DNA of 62,549 nt, the filler included, from Stramenopiles sp. TOSAG23-3 (Eukaryota), in assembly GCA_900128585.1 (NCBI GenBank). It is 9 parts of 9 records of this genome, joined end to end, with 100 filler letters (N's around TTAATTAATTAA, not from the genome) between each part and the next. Parts side by side here need not be neighbours in the genome. Positions count along the whole stretch, not along the records: positions 25,496 to 33,882 come from LT643026.1; positions 33,983 to 42,364 come from LT643027.1; 7 more parts are not named here. One strand, given 5' to 3'. A model generated the notes under the pieces. It ran no database searches. It worked only from the letters and a program-made list of their open reading frames with translations, and had not been told where the DNA came from. The position numbers were made by a program, and so were the translations under genes. Below are positions 30,249 to 42,017 of this stretch, one piece after another (the first letter of the stretch is position 1; every line of letters begins with the position of its first letter).

Positions 30249-32493
30249 TCATATTTGGGCCTCGAGCTTCGCCGACAGCTCTTCCTCCTCTGCCAAATGG
30301 CTACGGAACCGCTTCAGGTTCTTTTGAAGGTCTGTGTACATTTTGATCTTCCGCTCTAAGATCCCGTCCAAGCGCTCGGCGTAAATATCGATGTCATAGT
30401 CTACCACGTCCTCCCCTTGAACTTTGGCCAGCAGGTTTCCCTCCTCTGTCAAAAGCTGCGCGTTCTCCTGTATCGTTTCCATGTGGGCTTGCAGGAGGTT
30501 CTCTTCTTCCTCGACAAGCTGACTGATCGCCTCATGCAAGTGCTCAAGTTGCGTTGAAGACTCCCCCTCGCCCTGGGCCCGCAAGGAACGGTGAAGCAAG
30601 TGAAGGTCTTCTCGGTCCGGTTTCGGGGTCTTGGGGTCAGCCCTTTTCCCGCCGGCGTCCCGGGAACGTGGGGGGCGGCTCGGCGAGTTGTTCTCCCGGT
30701 CTCGTGGGGTTTTCGGGGCCGCCGACCGCCCCCCGCTCTTGCGCGCGTTGATCTTTCGGTTTCGCGCGCCCCCGGAGACGGGCTGCCTTGCGTTTCGGTT
30801 GTTTGCCCCGGCGCGCAATGGCTCCTTCGCGTTCCGCTTCCCGCGCCCCGGGGAGGCCGTCGGAACGTTCCGTCGCCCCGGGCGCTCCGGGGTGTGTTGC
30901 ATTTTGGACCCCGCGGACGGCGCCGGGGGCGACTGCCGCGGGATGGCCACGCGGCGGCCCAGCTTTCCGTTCTTGTGGGCCGCATCCCGCCCCCCCGCGC
31001 TTTATCAAATCATCCTTGATTTTTGCCTTCTCCGCCTCAGATATCTTCCCCTCCTTGGAGAGCTCGTTCGCTTTCTGTAGTTTTCGCCCCATCGGGCTGA
31101 GGGGCACCGAGAAGAGGTCTTCCCCCGCGACCGTGTCCCCGGACTCGTCCAGGGAGCTGTCGGGGGAGCTGGGGAGCTGGAAGGAAGCCTCCTTGCCCTC
31201 GTCGTCTTCCTCCTTCCGGTTCGGCTGGACGGTCCCTTCGAAGTAATGGACGATCTTCTTCTGCTTGATGCGGTTGGCGTAACGAAGCGTGTTCAGCGTG
31301 TGCTCGGAGGAGGACGCCGTGGGGGCGATGTTGCAGATCATGACGGTCTTGCTCGAGGGGGCGAACGAGTCCTTCAGGACCAGGGTCAGTTTGCTCGCCC
31401 GGTACGGCACGTGCCCGCGCTGGGCGCTGCTGAAGGCCCGAATGCACTCTTTCAGTGCGAGAAGGCTCTTGTTGATCTCCGCGCCCTCGACGCGGCGCTG
31501 CCGGTTGTGGTTCTTCGTGTCCTGGGCCCGCTCGCTCCCGGCCAGGTCGATCAGGGAGAACCGGCCTTCCCCGCGCCGATCGGGGAAGCGGATGGTGATG
31601 CGGCAGATGGCGTGGGAGCGCGAGGAGGCGGAGTTCATCTCCGTGGCATGGGTCGCGCGGCTCGCGTTCCCGCGCTCGATGCAGTCCAGGAGCTCGGAGC
31701 GCGAGGAGACCGATGCCTCGTTCATGCCGCCGACGACCACGTTGCCCTTCCCGTCCTCGCGGATGGTCAGCCGCTTCCGCCCGTTCAGCAGGTCGATGCA
31801 GCGGCCGCCGTAGATTTCAAAAAAGCTGCATTTGATCTTGACGTCGCCGGCGCGCTCTTCCTGGTCCAGGAGCCTGAAGATCTCGGCGGCGGCCCGGTTC
31901 TGCATGCTGACCATCGTGTACGTCTTTCCGCTCCCGGTCTGGCCGTACGCAAAGACGGTGGCGTTGCCCCCGTTGGAAAAGACTTGCTTGACGAGGGGCT
32001 GGGTGGTGGCCTTGTAGACGACGTCGTTGTCCTCGGTCTCGTCGAAGACGTGGTCGAAGCTGAACTCGGTGTTGTCCAGATACTTGGTGATCCCGCACAC
32101 CTTCTTCTTCGAGTTGTGAATGATGACGAGGGGGTTCAGCCCGGTCACGGTGTCCCAGTCCCGGTTCCGCGTCTCCCTCGGGATGGCGGGGCGCTTCCGA
32201 ACGCAGACCTTCATTCGCTCCTCCGTGACCCGGTGGGAGCGTTTCTTAATCTTGCAGTCCCGACGAAACTTTTCGATCATACGCTGGAAGTCCACGTCTC
32301 CGGGCTCCCCCTGCTGCTCGAACCGCCGCTCGTCCGCCGCCCGGGCCCGCTTGTACTCGCCCGCGGACTTTCGCCGGTTCTCCCGCTTCAGCCGCAGCTC
32401 CTCAATGGCCTGGATGGTTGTTTTCTTCCGCGCGCCCCCCTTTCCCGGAGTATACGTTTCGACCGGTTTCCCTCCCTTCGCAAGTGGCCACAT
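30249..32493 (-). CDS. Kinesin-13 (KIF2/KIF24-like) with apparent 1-nt frameshift at a G7 run (30990-30996)
   Basis: VCVRKRP, FAYGQTGSGKTYTM, FFEIYGG, NSASSRSHA, DLAGSER, HVPYRASKLT; the kinesin-13-type tail (EEEENLLQAH..DYDID.Y..RL..IL) is in a second frame and joins if G7 is read as G6. Confidence 0.9.
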
Positions 32494-33007
32494 GGTGCGT
32501 GTAAGTTCAAAGTTGCGTGTGTTACAAAGAGAGAGAAGAAAGCAAAAAAAAAAAAAGGAACAACAATTGGCGCAAGGAACTATATTGAAAAGAATAAAAA
32601 AAAAACATTTAGGAAAAAAAACGAAGAATCTCTCTTTCTCGTTCGTTGGTTCAGTATAGGTACCAATCCATCCCTTTCCCTTATTACAACTATTGCCTCG
32701 AATAGACCAGACGACCAGAAGACCTTTTCCCTGCCCTACCTTGCCGACCGACCTCTATTAAATAATATATCTATAGCAGGTGATTAGCTCCTTCTCTTTC
32801 TTCAAGTCTTTTTTCTTTTTTCTTCTTCTTCTTTTTCTTTTATTATTTTAATTAAAAAATAGTAGGAGATGATCATCGATGAAACAACTTTTGAATAATT
32901 GAGAGAATTTAATTTAAATACTACTACACAGTATGAGTAAATATCATTATTAAATATACGTACTAAATAATATTAATAATAACGACATTGATTTCAAGTG
33001 AGATGGA

Positions 33008-33063
33008 GAAAGAAAGAAGAAAGAAAGAAAGAAAAGAAAGGCAAAAAAGAAAGAAAGAAAGAA

Positions 33064-33099
<36 letters not shown>

Positions 33100-33137
33100 A
33101 GGAAAGAAAGAAAGAAAGAAAGAAAAGAAAGGCAAAA

Positions 33138-33173
<36 letters not shown>

Positions 33174-33190
33174 CAGAAAGAAAGAAAGAA
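33008..33190. repeat. (GAAA)n microsatellite
   Basis: Long imperfect GAAA run. Confidence 0.95.
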
Positions 33191-33799
33191 CGAAAGTAAA
33201 GTGCTTCGATTGATTGATTGATTGATTGAGATTAGTTTATATAGCCTATAATAATAATAAATACAATGTAATACAGTACAATCAATGGATGAAAAATAGA
33301 AATAATAAAAAATATGCTGAATCGAGAGAAACGTTTTATTTAATTAATTTAATTGAAGCCGAAGAAGAAGAAGTAAAGTGATCGATCGATCGATGATCGA
33401 TGATCGATGATCCAATATTAGATGCTAATTATTACTACTTATACGTACTGGACTTCGTACTACTTGCTATGCTTTGTATTTATTATTTTGGAAATAGAAT
33501 GAAAGACTATATACATAGAAAGGTAGGAAGGAAGGAAGGAAGGAAGGAGAAGAGAAAGAATACTATATATATAAGCTTAGGAATTTTTAGGAAAGACTAG
33601 TCTTTATTTTTCAATTATGATACTATATTTATATATATATAATAATACAGATAATTTAAGATGTCCTTAATTTTATTGATAGAAAATTGATTTCGTAACT
33701 GCCACTACTTAAATAGAGTCTAGACACTACGATTATATATAGTTATAATGCATGGAATTGTACTACACTGTACGAGGAGCAATTAGTTTCAATACTCTC

Positions 33800-33882
33800 C
33801 TTCTCTTCTTCTTCTTCTTCTTCTTCTTCTTCTTCTTCTTCTTCTTCTTCTTCTTCTTTCTTCTTCTTCTTCTTTCTTCTTC
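33800..33882. repeat. (CTT)n microsatellite at contig end
   Basis: CTT run up to the linker. Confidence 0.95.
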
Positions 33883-33982
33883 NNNNNNNNNNNNNNNNNN
33901 NNNNNNNNNNNNNNNNNNNNNNNNNNTTAATTAATTAANNNNNNNNNNNNNNNNNNNNNNNNNNNNNNNNNNNNNNNNNNNN
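33883..33982. other. Artificial contig linker
   Basis: 44N-TTAATTAATTAA-44N. Confidence 0.99.
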
Positions 33983-35446
33983 ATCACTTTTGATCCTATT
34001 GATCGCAAGGATGATTCGCTCCCGCATCGCTTCCGCTCCAGCTCGACCTGACTCTCCTACTGCATCATCCATCCATCAAAAAAAAAAAAAAAAAAAAATT
34101 TTAACGTTTGATTCTTTTCTTTCTTTATGATAGACCAATAAATTTGTCTGAGGTCTCGACTTCTCCAGGTCCTCCAGCCTCTCGAATTAGACGAATTCTG
34201 CCACCGTCGCGCATGTCGCGCTCGCTGTGCCTTTTCCGTTTATCTTTGCTGTTCTACCTGTTATCCGCTCTTATTCTGGGTGGCGTCATATTGCCCATTG
34301 CGTCTCTCATGGACCCTCCCCAAAACTATGGCGCCTTCGTGTGTCGTCTTATATATCGACCTATTTCCTTTCTTCTCTTTGGGCCTCTCTCCCCCTCACC
34401 ACTCGCCTTATATTATTTCTCTTTTCTTTTGCGTGTCCTCTCCTCCACTCGTTCTATTCCTCTTTGACTTGTTCCCCCCACTTTTCTTTCGAATCTCCCA
34501 GATCCGATTTCCTCTCCTCATTTTGTAGGGGCCTCTTTACCAAGTTCATTTTCCTTCGTGTCCTTACATTCTGATGTAGGTTCATCTTTCCTTTCTTATC
34601 TTCCTTTCTCCTTGTTGCAGTAGCTCTCTGCTTCCTTATCTTCTTTGGTCCCATTCGTTCGTGGTCCCATCTCTCAATTATTTTTTCTTCTCTTTTTTTT
34701 ATTTCTATTCTCTTTCTCTCTGCTGTCTTGTTCATCTTTTCTTGTCCTCGTCTTCGCTATCTTCTTTCCTTCATTCCCTCTTCTTATTTTTATACTCGCT
34801 ATAAGTATCCATCTGAAGTCCTTTCTTTCCTATCACGTCATCCTGCCGCAATAAACTTATATATTTAATTCTAAATAGTCGAAATACCTCTTATTTTTAG
34901 GAGGATGTATTAAATACCTGTGCACGAACAGATGATAACCTGGCACCACCAATCGATATAAAATACGAGGAAGCAAATAAGTCTGATTTTAAAAAACCGA
35001 CTTTAATAAAACTGACTAAACAACTGGATGGACTGATTTTGAAAGCACTGGATGATAGCTGCATCCCTTCATCCCTCCTCCTCTTCCTATTCTTTTTTTT
35101 TCCGAGATGTTTAATTATTAATGCTGTAATACTGTATAATAAAAATATTAATTATTATTATTATAACACCAGAAGAATATTAATTGATGTTATTAATATA
35201 TTGTACAACTTCCTTCGTTTTTTTCTTTCTCTCTTCTTCTTCTTTAAAAAAAAAAAAAACACAACAAAAGAAATACCAACTACGAAGACGAGGAAAGGTT
35301 CAACGTATTCCAACGCATACCCGTTCAATACATTCCTACTCTGGCGATACAGTTTCGAAATGTTTGACAATGCAGAATGAACTTTAGGGAGCCTTTTCTC
35401 CGAGAACATTCGAATGATTGGAAATTTTGAACAATAGAGAAACTGA

Positions 35447-36064
35447 ATGCCGGGACAAAAGCGTAAAAGTAAAAGAGCGACAGCACTACTTGGTGAAGGT
35501 TATATTGCATTTACTTACTATATTATTTTAGCTGCCTCTGCCACATTATCGATATTCAATACGGATGTTATTCCGTTTTTGATGTCAGCAGTTGGCTTTA
35601 AAATCGGATTCGATGGATTGGTGGCTTTGAGGGAAGCCGATCTAAAGTCGATAAATCTTTTGCACAAGGCTATGCTGGTATATGGGGGGTTTATGTTGCT
35701 GCTTGGTATTGGTATGAATTCGTCCAGCTTTGGGTATGTATGCAGTCAGTATGAAGTAGACGGGGATCCGTGCTCAGGCATAGACTTATTCCGAGATTTC
35801 ACGGGCAATAGGACCTCTTGTTCTAGTGTGATCAGCGGAACAGGCGATTCTATTTTGGATAAATGCAAGGAAGCATTTCACGTTCGGACGTTGCTGTTCC
35901 TCTCAGTAGCAGTTATATATGTTTTGCTGACGCTGTGTTCTTGGGTGTTTGGCGTGACAATAAACGAGAGCCGTGCCAAAGACGAGGATCCAGCTATTGA
36001 CACAAAAAACGACATTATTGAATCCTGCAGTTTCCTGGGTCACTACGAACTTGAAGCTAACTAA
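35447..36064 (+). CDS. Hypothetical multi-pass membrane protein with a Cys-containing loop
   Basis: About four hydrophobic segments with a four-Cys loop before the last; true start uncertain. Confidence 0.65.
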   Translation: MPGQKRKSKRATALLGEGYIAFTYYIILAASATLSIFNTDVIPFLMSAVGFKIGFDGLVALREADLKSINLLHKAMLVYGGFMLLLGIGMNSSSFGYVCSQYEVDGDPCSGIDLFRDFTGNRTSCSSVISGTGDSILDKCKEAFHVRTLLFLSVAVIYVLLTLCSWVFGVTINESRAKDEDPAIDTKNDIIESCSFLGHYELEAN

Positions 36065-36390
36065 CAGTTGAATTCACGAAGTGTTTCAGAGCTTTCGAAA
36101 GGTTATACTTGCATGAATTCAATTATTAATGTAGTAGTAATTATTTTAAAGCATGCAGCCCAGCCCCCCCTTTAAAATTAGAAGAAGAAAAATAAAAAAC
36201 CGACTCGTCGTAATATGGTTACAGTCTAGACCTGCTGTACCAAGTATAATACTAATAAAGTAAAACAGGATAATTAATTATTATTCCTACTAATAATTAA
36301 TACAGTAATATTTAATAAAATAAAAATCCTCTCTTCTCCCTACTATTTACTACTATAATAATAATACACTTTCTGAACTTACAAATGTTG

Positions 36391-36426
<36 letters not shown>

Positions 36427-36659
36427 AAAATAATAAGAAGAAGTTTTTGTTTGCATGAAGGGCAAGCGTTTATTAACATTGATGCGATGTTATTGTATTG
36501 GCTTCTTCCCGGGACATGCGTAAACGTGGAAAATTGCATCAGAAGGTAGAATGAACCAACAGGTTGATTATATGGTCAATTTACCGGCACAAATGTCTTG
36601 AGTATCGGCGCGCTATAGAGAGAGCAACCACACCTACTTCTGCCGTAGCAAACCCCACC

Positions 36660-39600
36660 ATGATCTTGAGCTGGCAAAATGTGTTCTTTACTGTTCTTTT
36701 TGCATACTTTGTAAACTTGGCGGTGGATGTAACTAATCGGCAAAGTGCTATCAATCAGAACCGAAACAAGTATAGAAAACTGCAGGAATCTAATGTGCCA
36801 TCCGGGAAAGCTCTCATGATAGAAATAGCCAAAATGTATCAAGACTTGCCGGACCCGAAGACACCCGGTCGCGCCGAAGGTCAATATCGCTACTGGGCAC
36901 AGAACCTTGGTCTCTCGTACTTCGAATATTATCGCGGAAGGTTCTACACACCAAAAGAGGCCGAGGGACTACCACATATCAATTGTTACCAATACCCCAA
37001 CCCTCGAACAAAGCACTCCATGGTAAGCCTAAGCGGACACGTCGGTTTCAAGGATGCTGGCAACACCACTATGACTCCGTACCTGATTATGTTTGGAGGT
37101 TCAGACGGGACAGCACTGGACGATGTGTGGGTTTTCATAAGCGGTCTTATTAACGGTACGAAGTATATTGACGTCGAAACAGAAACTAACCGCAAGTACA
37201 CGTACATGGGAAGCAACTTAGCTGGGGACACTTTGGCGCAATCTTGCGAGGAGAGAGAGACGACATGCAACCGTTGCAACAGGTGGCACAAGGTAGCCGC
37301 AGTTCCGGAGAGCAGGGGCGAGACCGACTGTTTTCAATTTACTGGCTTACTGGAGCGGTCCATCTTGCGAGAGACAGCGGAGAAATTTAATACCCAATGG
37401 TGTCCCCTTCAATTGGATAAGTACATGAAAAGATCCTCATTGGTGGACATGAAACGTTTTGACCATGCAGCAACTGTGGCGTACTCTAATGTTGCTGACA
37501 TGAAATATGGCGCTATGATGGTTTATGGGGGACAAACAAAAAATGGCCTTTCAAACACAGTGTGGTATTTGGACAAAATGCCATTAACAGACCTTCCATT
37601 GAGCGATCCAACGTATACTGCTGCTATGGGAACAAAGTGGAAGTGTTTGAAAACTTATGGAGCGAATGAATACTATCCGCCTAAGCCCGTATGCAACGCT
37701 TCCACAAGCCTTAGTATGCCTCAGGGAAACCTTTCGTCTGGGAAGCTGCTACCGCAAACAGAGTGTGAATGGATCATTGAACCGACAGTCACGCGCGAAA
37801 ACTATGCCATAGTTATGGACATACTAAGGCTGGATATAAGCAGTCCACCATACACTTGTGAGAGCTACATGGAAGTAAGGGACTTTTCTGGACCCTACAC
37901 AAGCGGGAGTCCCGGTGGTTCCACACCCGGCACTTTGCTATTTCATGGGTGTGCAAGACAACAGATCGCTCTTGGTCGCATTGTTGGGACGAAGGGAAAG
38001 CTCTTGGTAAAATTAGTATATGAGGACGTGTGTCCTGCGCACTCAGGTTTTGATGCAGTGTACCACGTTCGGTTCCAAAATGATAGTCAAATGGTGTGCC
38101 ATAACTGCTCGAACCGTGGGAAATGCCTGGGGGGGGTCTGCCAATGCCACGAAGGCTATCACGGAGACTATTGCCAAGATGCATGTGGGGACCGAGAAAA
38201 ATGTGTAGCTTCTAGCGGGGCAGAAAAAATTGACCATTACCCTCCAGCGCGAAGCGGGCACACTATGGTTTCATCTTATGCCGAGAGCTACACGAAAGTT
38301 GTTCATCCAACGTACTCTCGAACAATACAAGCGCCTGTACTCGCAAGTATTCCAGATAGAATGGCTGCGCTTAACGATATTTCGACAATCTATGACCAAG
38401 AATCTAGGCCCAGTTTTCCTTGGGTTCCTTACACATCCATAAAACGGACGTTAAACTTGGATCGAGAGATTCAGTCCTTTCAATGCACGTCCTTGAAATC
38501 TCCAGCGCCAGACGCTGCATCAGGTCGAGAACAAAATCAGTTTCCTTGCAAAGAGGCCGGTGATCCAACAGGGCGAACGGATGCAATCAAGGTCGGTCCT
38601 GACACGGACGGTAAATATAAGTGTTTGTCGACCTGGTTATTCCCAGATAAATTTAAGCTGAAATTTGATTGTGAGGGGTTGAAAGCAGAGCTCGATAAAG
38701 ATCCTCAAATAAAGTGGGGAGATTCGTGGTTGAATTCGCAAATGTGCACGGAGACCACGGACTGGATACCGCAAAATTCCCATAAGAAAGATTTGGAAGA
38801 TGAATTTAACCGGACGTTTGGGCAGTCAATAACGGTTACAGTCAACAAGGGTTACTCCGCGACACAATTGCGAGGCGGCGGCAGCGAAAAAATAGAGAAT
38901 GTAGAGTGGCACGACAGCGTAAATTTTGGAGGAGGCTGCACAGGAAGGGGAGAAACTAGGTGTGGGCCCAAGACTGATTGCACAGAAACAGATGGTGACA
39001 ATTCCAGATCGTCTGTTTTCTGCCAGGCTAATCCTGGCACCGACGAGTATGCACAACAATGCGTGTGTGAGGATGAACCGATGAAAATGGAACCGGAAGT
39101 GTGCTCAAAAATGGGATCAAATGTTGTTACGATACAATTTGACTTTGTACCGGAATGCCACGACGCGGGCAATAATCTTCCATTTTGTAACTTACCAGAT
39201 CTATTCATGGCCAAACGCGAGAGCGATTTAAAAATCTCATTTACGTCCACCATTCAAGCAGAATCCGATTGCACTTATGAAGCGAGGTTTTGCGGATGCT
39301 CTTGCAAATTAGATGGAGTATCTCCGTATTATGTAATTCTTAAAGGGAATGCTTCTCGCGAGGTGTTTACGCTGGACCTGACGCAAACTAGTAAATCGGA
39401 CACGATGTCTCAAATAGAGGAGATGAATACGTCTCGGTTAGTTCAAGAGTCCTTCTACCACAATCCGATTAGAATCAATCGCACAGAAATTTCTTTCTTT
39501 CAAGTAGCAAATGGCACAGCCACAACCGTGGACGTAAATGCTTTCTTCGATATAAACAAACGCCAGAATCTGGTCCTGGATATTAAGAACGAGAAGCTAC

Positions 39601-40781
39601 AAGCAAACAAGACTACGATACAAATTACTGCAGATTATTATGAAAGCACAAGCCATACAAAGGGTGAAGGGGCAAAAATTATCGTGTTTGGGGGGTGGAC
39701 TGGTGCTGTGGGATTAAATGATCTGTGGGTACTGAACTTATTGGAGCAAGTTGGAAACGAAGCAATCAACAGATCTTGTAAGGCCAAATTACAGGTGGAC
39801 GTGGGTGACGCCAATAGTTATGAATTGTATGAGCAGTACGATCCAGATGACGTAACAAACATGTTCTATGACGTGCAGACGGGTGACATTCAATACTTCC
39901 CCTGCAGTAATTTGAATGAAAGCAAACATTCATTTTTCCCAAACTTTCATAAAATAAACAGGTGGACTCGAATCGGCTCTAACATTACTGGTGATCCTCC
40001 GCCAGCACGTTACCAGCACTCCGCTGTCCGCTTCGGGAGTCATACCGCTACTGACCCAAATTCCCCGGAAAGGTATCGTATGGTAGTATTCGGAGGGATT
40101 GGCACAGCAGAAGGTCCTCCGCTCAATGATTTGTGGGAGCTACGTGTGCCCGTAAAAGGCGAAACCAACAATGTCTTTAAATGGTCAAAAGTGTCAACAA
40201 CTAGTGAAAAGCCGAAAAGGCGCTGGTACCATGCTGCGGCGTCGTTGAAACGGGATTCTGGGAACGTGATGGTCGTTTATGGGGGCTGGAACGGACAAGT
40301 TGTGATGAGAGATGTTTGGTTCATTTCGCTCGATGAACCATACGGTACCGTCCTCGATTGGACACATTTGAACACCACCCGAGGCGTATGGCACTCCAAC
40401 AGATTTGCAGGCTTTTTTCCTTTTGATAGCACAGCCGGTACGCCCGGTTTTACCCACACCGACGTTCTTGAAGAGAGTTTTCCTCCCCGTTACGGGCATA
40501 CGATGTCAAGCGTAACTTCCTCCTTCGACGGAAAAGGTGGAACAAGAGATGTACTTGTAGCATTTAGTGGTACGCAGTCCGACACTATGTCAAACGGAAT
40601 AAATACGGACATTTACGGTTTGTGGAGTGGTGGAAAAGACTTGGCTTTGTATTATATATGCCCTGATATCGACATGGCATGTTCTCACCCCACGTACAAG
40701 GCAATTTCTGCACGGGCCAAGGGAGTAATACACCCCGTGTGTCTGTTTGGTGTGTTTGTAGTATTCACATACCAATTTTAA
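36660..40781 (+). CDS. Large surface protein with Kelch-like repeats, CUB and EGF domains (attractin/MEGF8-like)
   Basis: ATG at 36660 then a hydrophobic leader; repeated MFGG..LDDVW / PPARYQHSA / VFGG..LNDLW; CUB-like CEWII..GFDAVY; EGF CHNCSNRGKCLGGVCQCHEGYHGDYC; hydrophobic C-terminus. Confidence 0.8.
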   Translation: MILSWQNVFFTVLFAYFVNLAVDVTNRQSAINQNRNKYRKLQESNVPSGKALMIEIAKMYQDLPDPKTPGRAEGQYRYWAQNLGLSYFEYYRGRFYTPKEAEGLPHINCYQYPNPRTKHSMVSLSGHVGFKDAGNTTMTPYLIMFGGSDGTALDDVWVFISGLINGTKYIDVETETNRKYTYMGSNLAGDTLAQSCEERETTCNRCNRWHKVAAVPESRGETDCFQFTGLLERSILRETAEKFNTQWCPLQLDKYMKRSSLVDMKRFDHAATVAYSNVADMKYGAMMVYGGQTKNGLSNTVWYLDKMPLTDLPLSDPTYTAAMGTKWKCLKTYGANEYYPPKPVCNASTSLSMPQGNLSSGKLLPQTECEWIIEPTVTRENYAIVMDILRLDISSPPYTCESYMEVRDFSGPYTSGSPGGSTPGTLLFHGCARQQIALGRIVGTKGKLLVKLVYEDVCPAHSGFDAVYHVRFQNDSQMVCHNCSNRGKCLGGVCQCHEGYHGDYCQDACGDREKCVASSGAEKIDHYPPARSGHTMVSSYAESYTKVVHPTYSRTIQAPVLASIPDRMAALNDISTIYDQESRPSFPWVPYTSIKRTLNLDREIQSFQCTSLKSPAPDAASGREQNQFPCKEAGDPTGRTDAIKVGPDTDGKYKCLSTWLFPDKFKLKFDCEGLKAELDKDPQIKWGDSWLNSQMCTETTDWIPQNSHKKDLEDEFNRTFGQSITVTVNKGYSATQLRGGGSEKIENVEWHDSVNFGGGCTGRGETRCGPKTDCTETDGDNSRSSVFCQANPGTDEYAQQCVCEDEPMKMEPEVCSKMGSNVVTIQFDFVPECHDAGNNLPFCNLPDLFMAKRESDLKISFTSTIQAESDCTYEARFCGCSCKLDGVSPYYVILKGNASREVFTLDLTQTSKSDTMSQIEEMNTSRLVQESFYHNPIRINRTEISFFQVANGTATTVDVNAFFDINKRQNLVLDIKNEKLQANKTTIQITADYYESTSHTKGEGAKIIVFGGWTGAVGLNDLWVLNLLEQVGNEAINRSCKAKLQVDVGDANSYELYEQYDPDDVTNMFYDVQTGDIQYFPCSNLNESKHSFFPNFHKINRWTRIGSNITGDPPPARYQHSAVRFGSHTATDPNSPERYRMVVFGGIGTAEGPPLNDLWELRVPVKGETNNVFKWSKVSTTSEKPKRRWYHAAASLKRDSGNVMVVYGGWNGQVVMRDVWFISLDEPYGTVLDWTHLNTTRGVWHSNRFAGFFPFDSTAGTPGFTHTDVLEESFPPRYGHTMSSVTSSFDGKGGTRDVLVAFSGTQSDTMSNGINTDIYGLWSGGKDLALYYICPDIDMACSHPTYKAISARAKGVIHPVCLFGVFVVFTYQF

Positions 40782-40976
40782 AATCAAAAGAGATAAATTG
40801 GATTTAAATTGATTGTAAACCACTCCGGTTTAAAAAATTGAAAAGCAAAATAAATGGCTGTTATTTTAAGTTCATGGAGTCCATTCTAGATTTCAGTTTT
40901 TCAGTTTTCAGTTCGCAGTACATTAATTTTAATTACTTAAATAACAGCCAATTTTCTTGTTTTTATTTAAGTGGAG

Positions 40977-42017
40977 TTACCCCCGTCCTGGATGAGCGAC
41001 TAGACTGCTGGAAATATCCCCCCAGTGGTCCTTGTGGTCTTTGTACCATAAAATTGTCTTCATCAAACCCTCCTCCCAGCTCACTTCTTCCTTCCACCCA
41101 AGATTTTCCAATTTAGAGCTATTTATAAAGTATCGGAGGTCGTTAAAATTCCTATCACGGACAAAGCTTAGCATCGATTCCTGCTCTTTCTCGCCTTTGA
41201 ATCCCATCATTTCCAACAATTGCCTTGCGACATTGACATTCGCTATTTCATTTGTTCCGCCTATGTTGTAAACTTCTGATATTTTCCCTTTGTGGAGCAC
41301 CAGATCGAACGCTCTCGCAACGTCCGTAACGTAGAGGTAATTCCTAGTGTTTTTTCCGTTTCCATGAATAGTCAAGCTCTTGCCTCTTATAATTTGATTG
41401 ATTAATTTCGGAATCAACTTCTCAGGGTACTGGTGCGGACCGTAAACATTATTTCCTCGGGTAATGATTACAGGAAGATTGAACGATTGAGAGTAAGATT
41501 TTACAATAAACTCCGCCGCTGCTTTGCTGGCCGCGTAAGGGTTTGAGGGAGCCAAAATACTTTCTTCCACCATTGCAGTGTCGTTAACGTGCCCTTCCCC
41601 ATAAACTTCGTCGGTACTAACATGCACGAATCGGCAAATATTGTGCACTTTGGCACTCTCGAGCAGGACGTGCGTTCCCAAGATGTTCGTTTGGGTAAAA
41701 GGGAAAGAGTTCCCAAAAGAGTTATCAACGTGAGATTGCGCGGCAAAGTGAAGGATTGTGTCTATTTGTTCGGTTTTCAAAACGTGGTTGACGAGATCGG
41801 CACTGAGTATATCCCCTTTAACGAACTTGTAATTTTCTCTGTCTTTCACCGATTCCACATTTTTCAAGTTTGCGCAATAGTCAAGAACATCATAATTAAC
41901 AATTTTATAATTTGGATATTTGTTGACAAGCAATATAATTACGTGCGATGCAATGAAGCCAGCACCACCAGTCACTAAGATATTTGTCGGTTTGTACCCG
42001 TCCTCGTGGTCACTCAT
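40977..42017 (-). CDS. UDP/dTDP-glucose 4,6-dehydratase (RHM N-terminal domain-like)
   Basis: NILVTGGAGFIASH, HFAAQSHVDNSFGNS, HVSTDEVYG, PYAASKAAAE, TRGNNVYGPHQYPEKLIPK; ATG at 42017. Confidence 0.95.
   Translation of the reverse strand: MSDHEDGYKPTNILVTGGAGFIASHVIILLVNKYPNYKIVNYDVLDYCANLKNVESVKDRENYKFVKGDILSADLVNHVLKTEQIDTILHFAAQSHVDNSFGNSFPFTQTNILGTHVLLESAKVHNICRFVHVSTDEVYGEGHVNDTAMVEESILAPSNPYAASKAAAEFIVKSYSQSFNLPVIITRGNNVYGPHQYPEKLIPKLINQIIRGKSLTIHGNGKNTRNYLYVTDVARAFDLVLHKGKISEVYNIGGTNEIANVNVARQLLEMMGFKGEKEQESMLSFVRDRNFNDLRYFINSSKLENLGWKEEVSWEEGLMKTILWYKDHKDHWGDISSSLVAHPGRG

Noticed and set aside
31246..32787. 513-aa plus-strand ORF and other long antisense ORFs (e.g. 51501-52583, 52492-53661, 57162-58016)
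   Set aside because: Shadow frames of GC-rich real genes on the opposite strand; no motifs.
32950..33221. Lys/Glu/Arg-rich or Phe-rich ORFs
   Set aside because: Translations of the (GAAA)n microsatellite; likewise 7402-7858 and 33752-33934.
34108..34854. Hydrophobic short ORFs as membrane proteins
   Set aside because: Arise from pyrimidine-rich low-complexity DNA in several frames, mostly with non-ATG starts.
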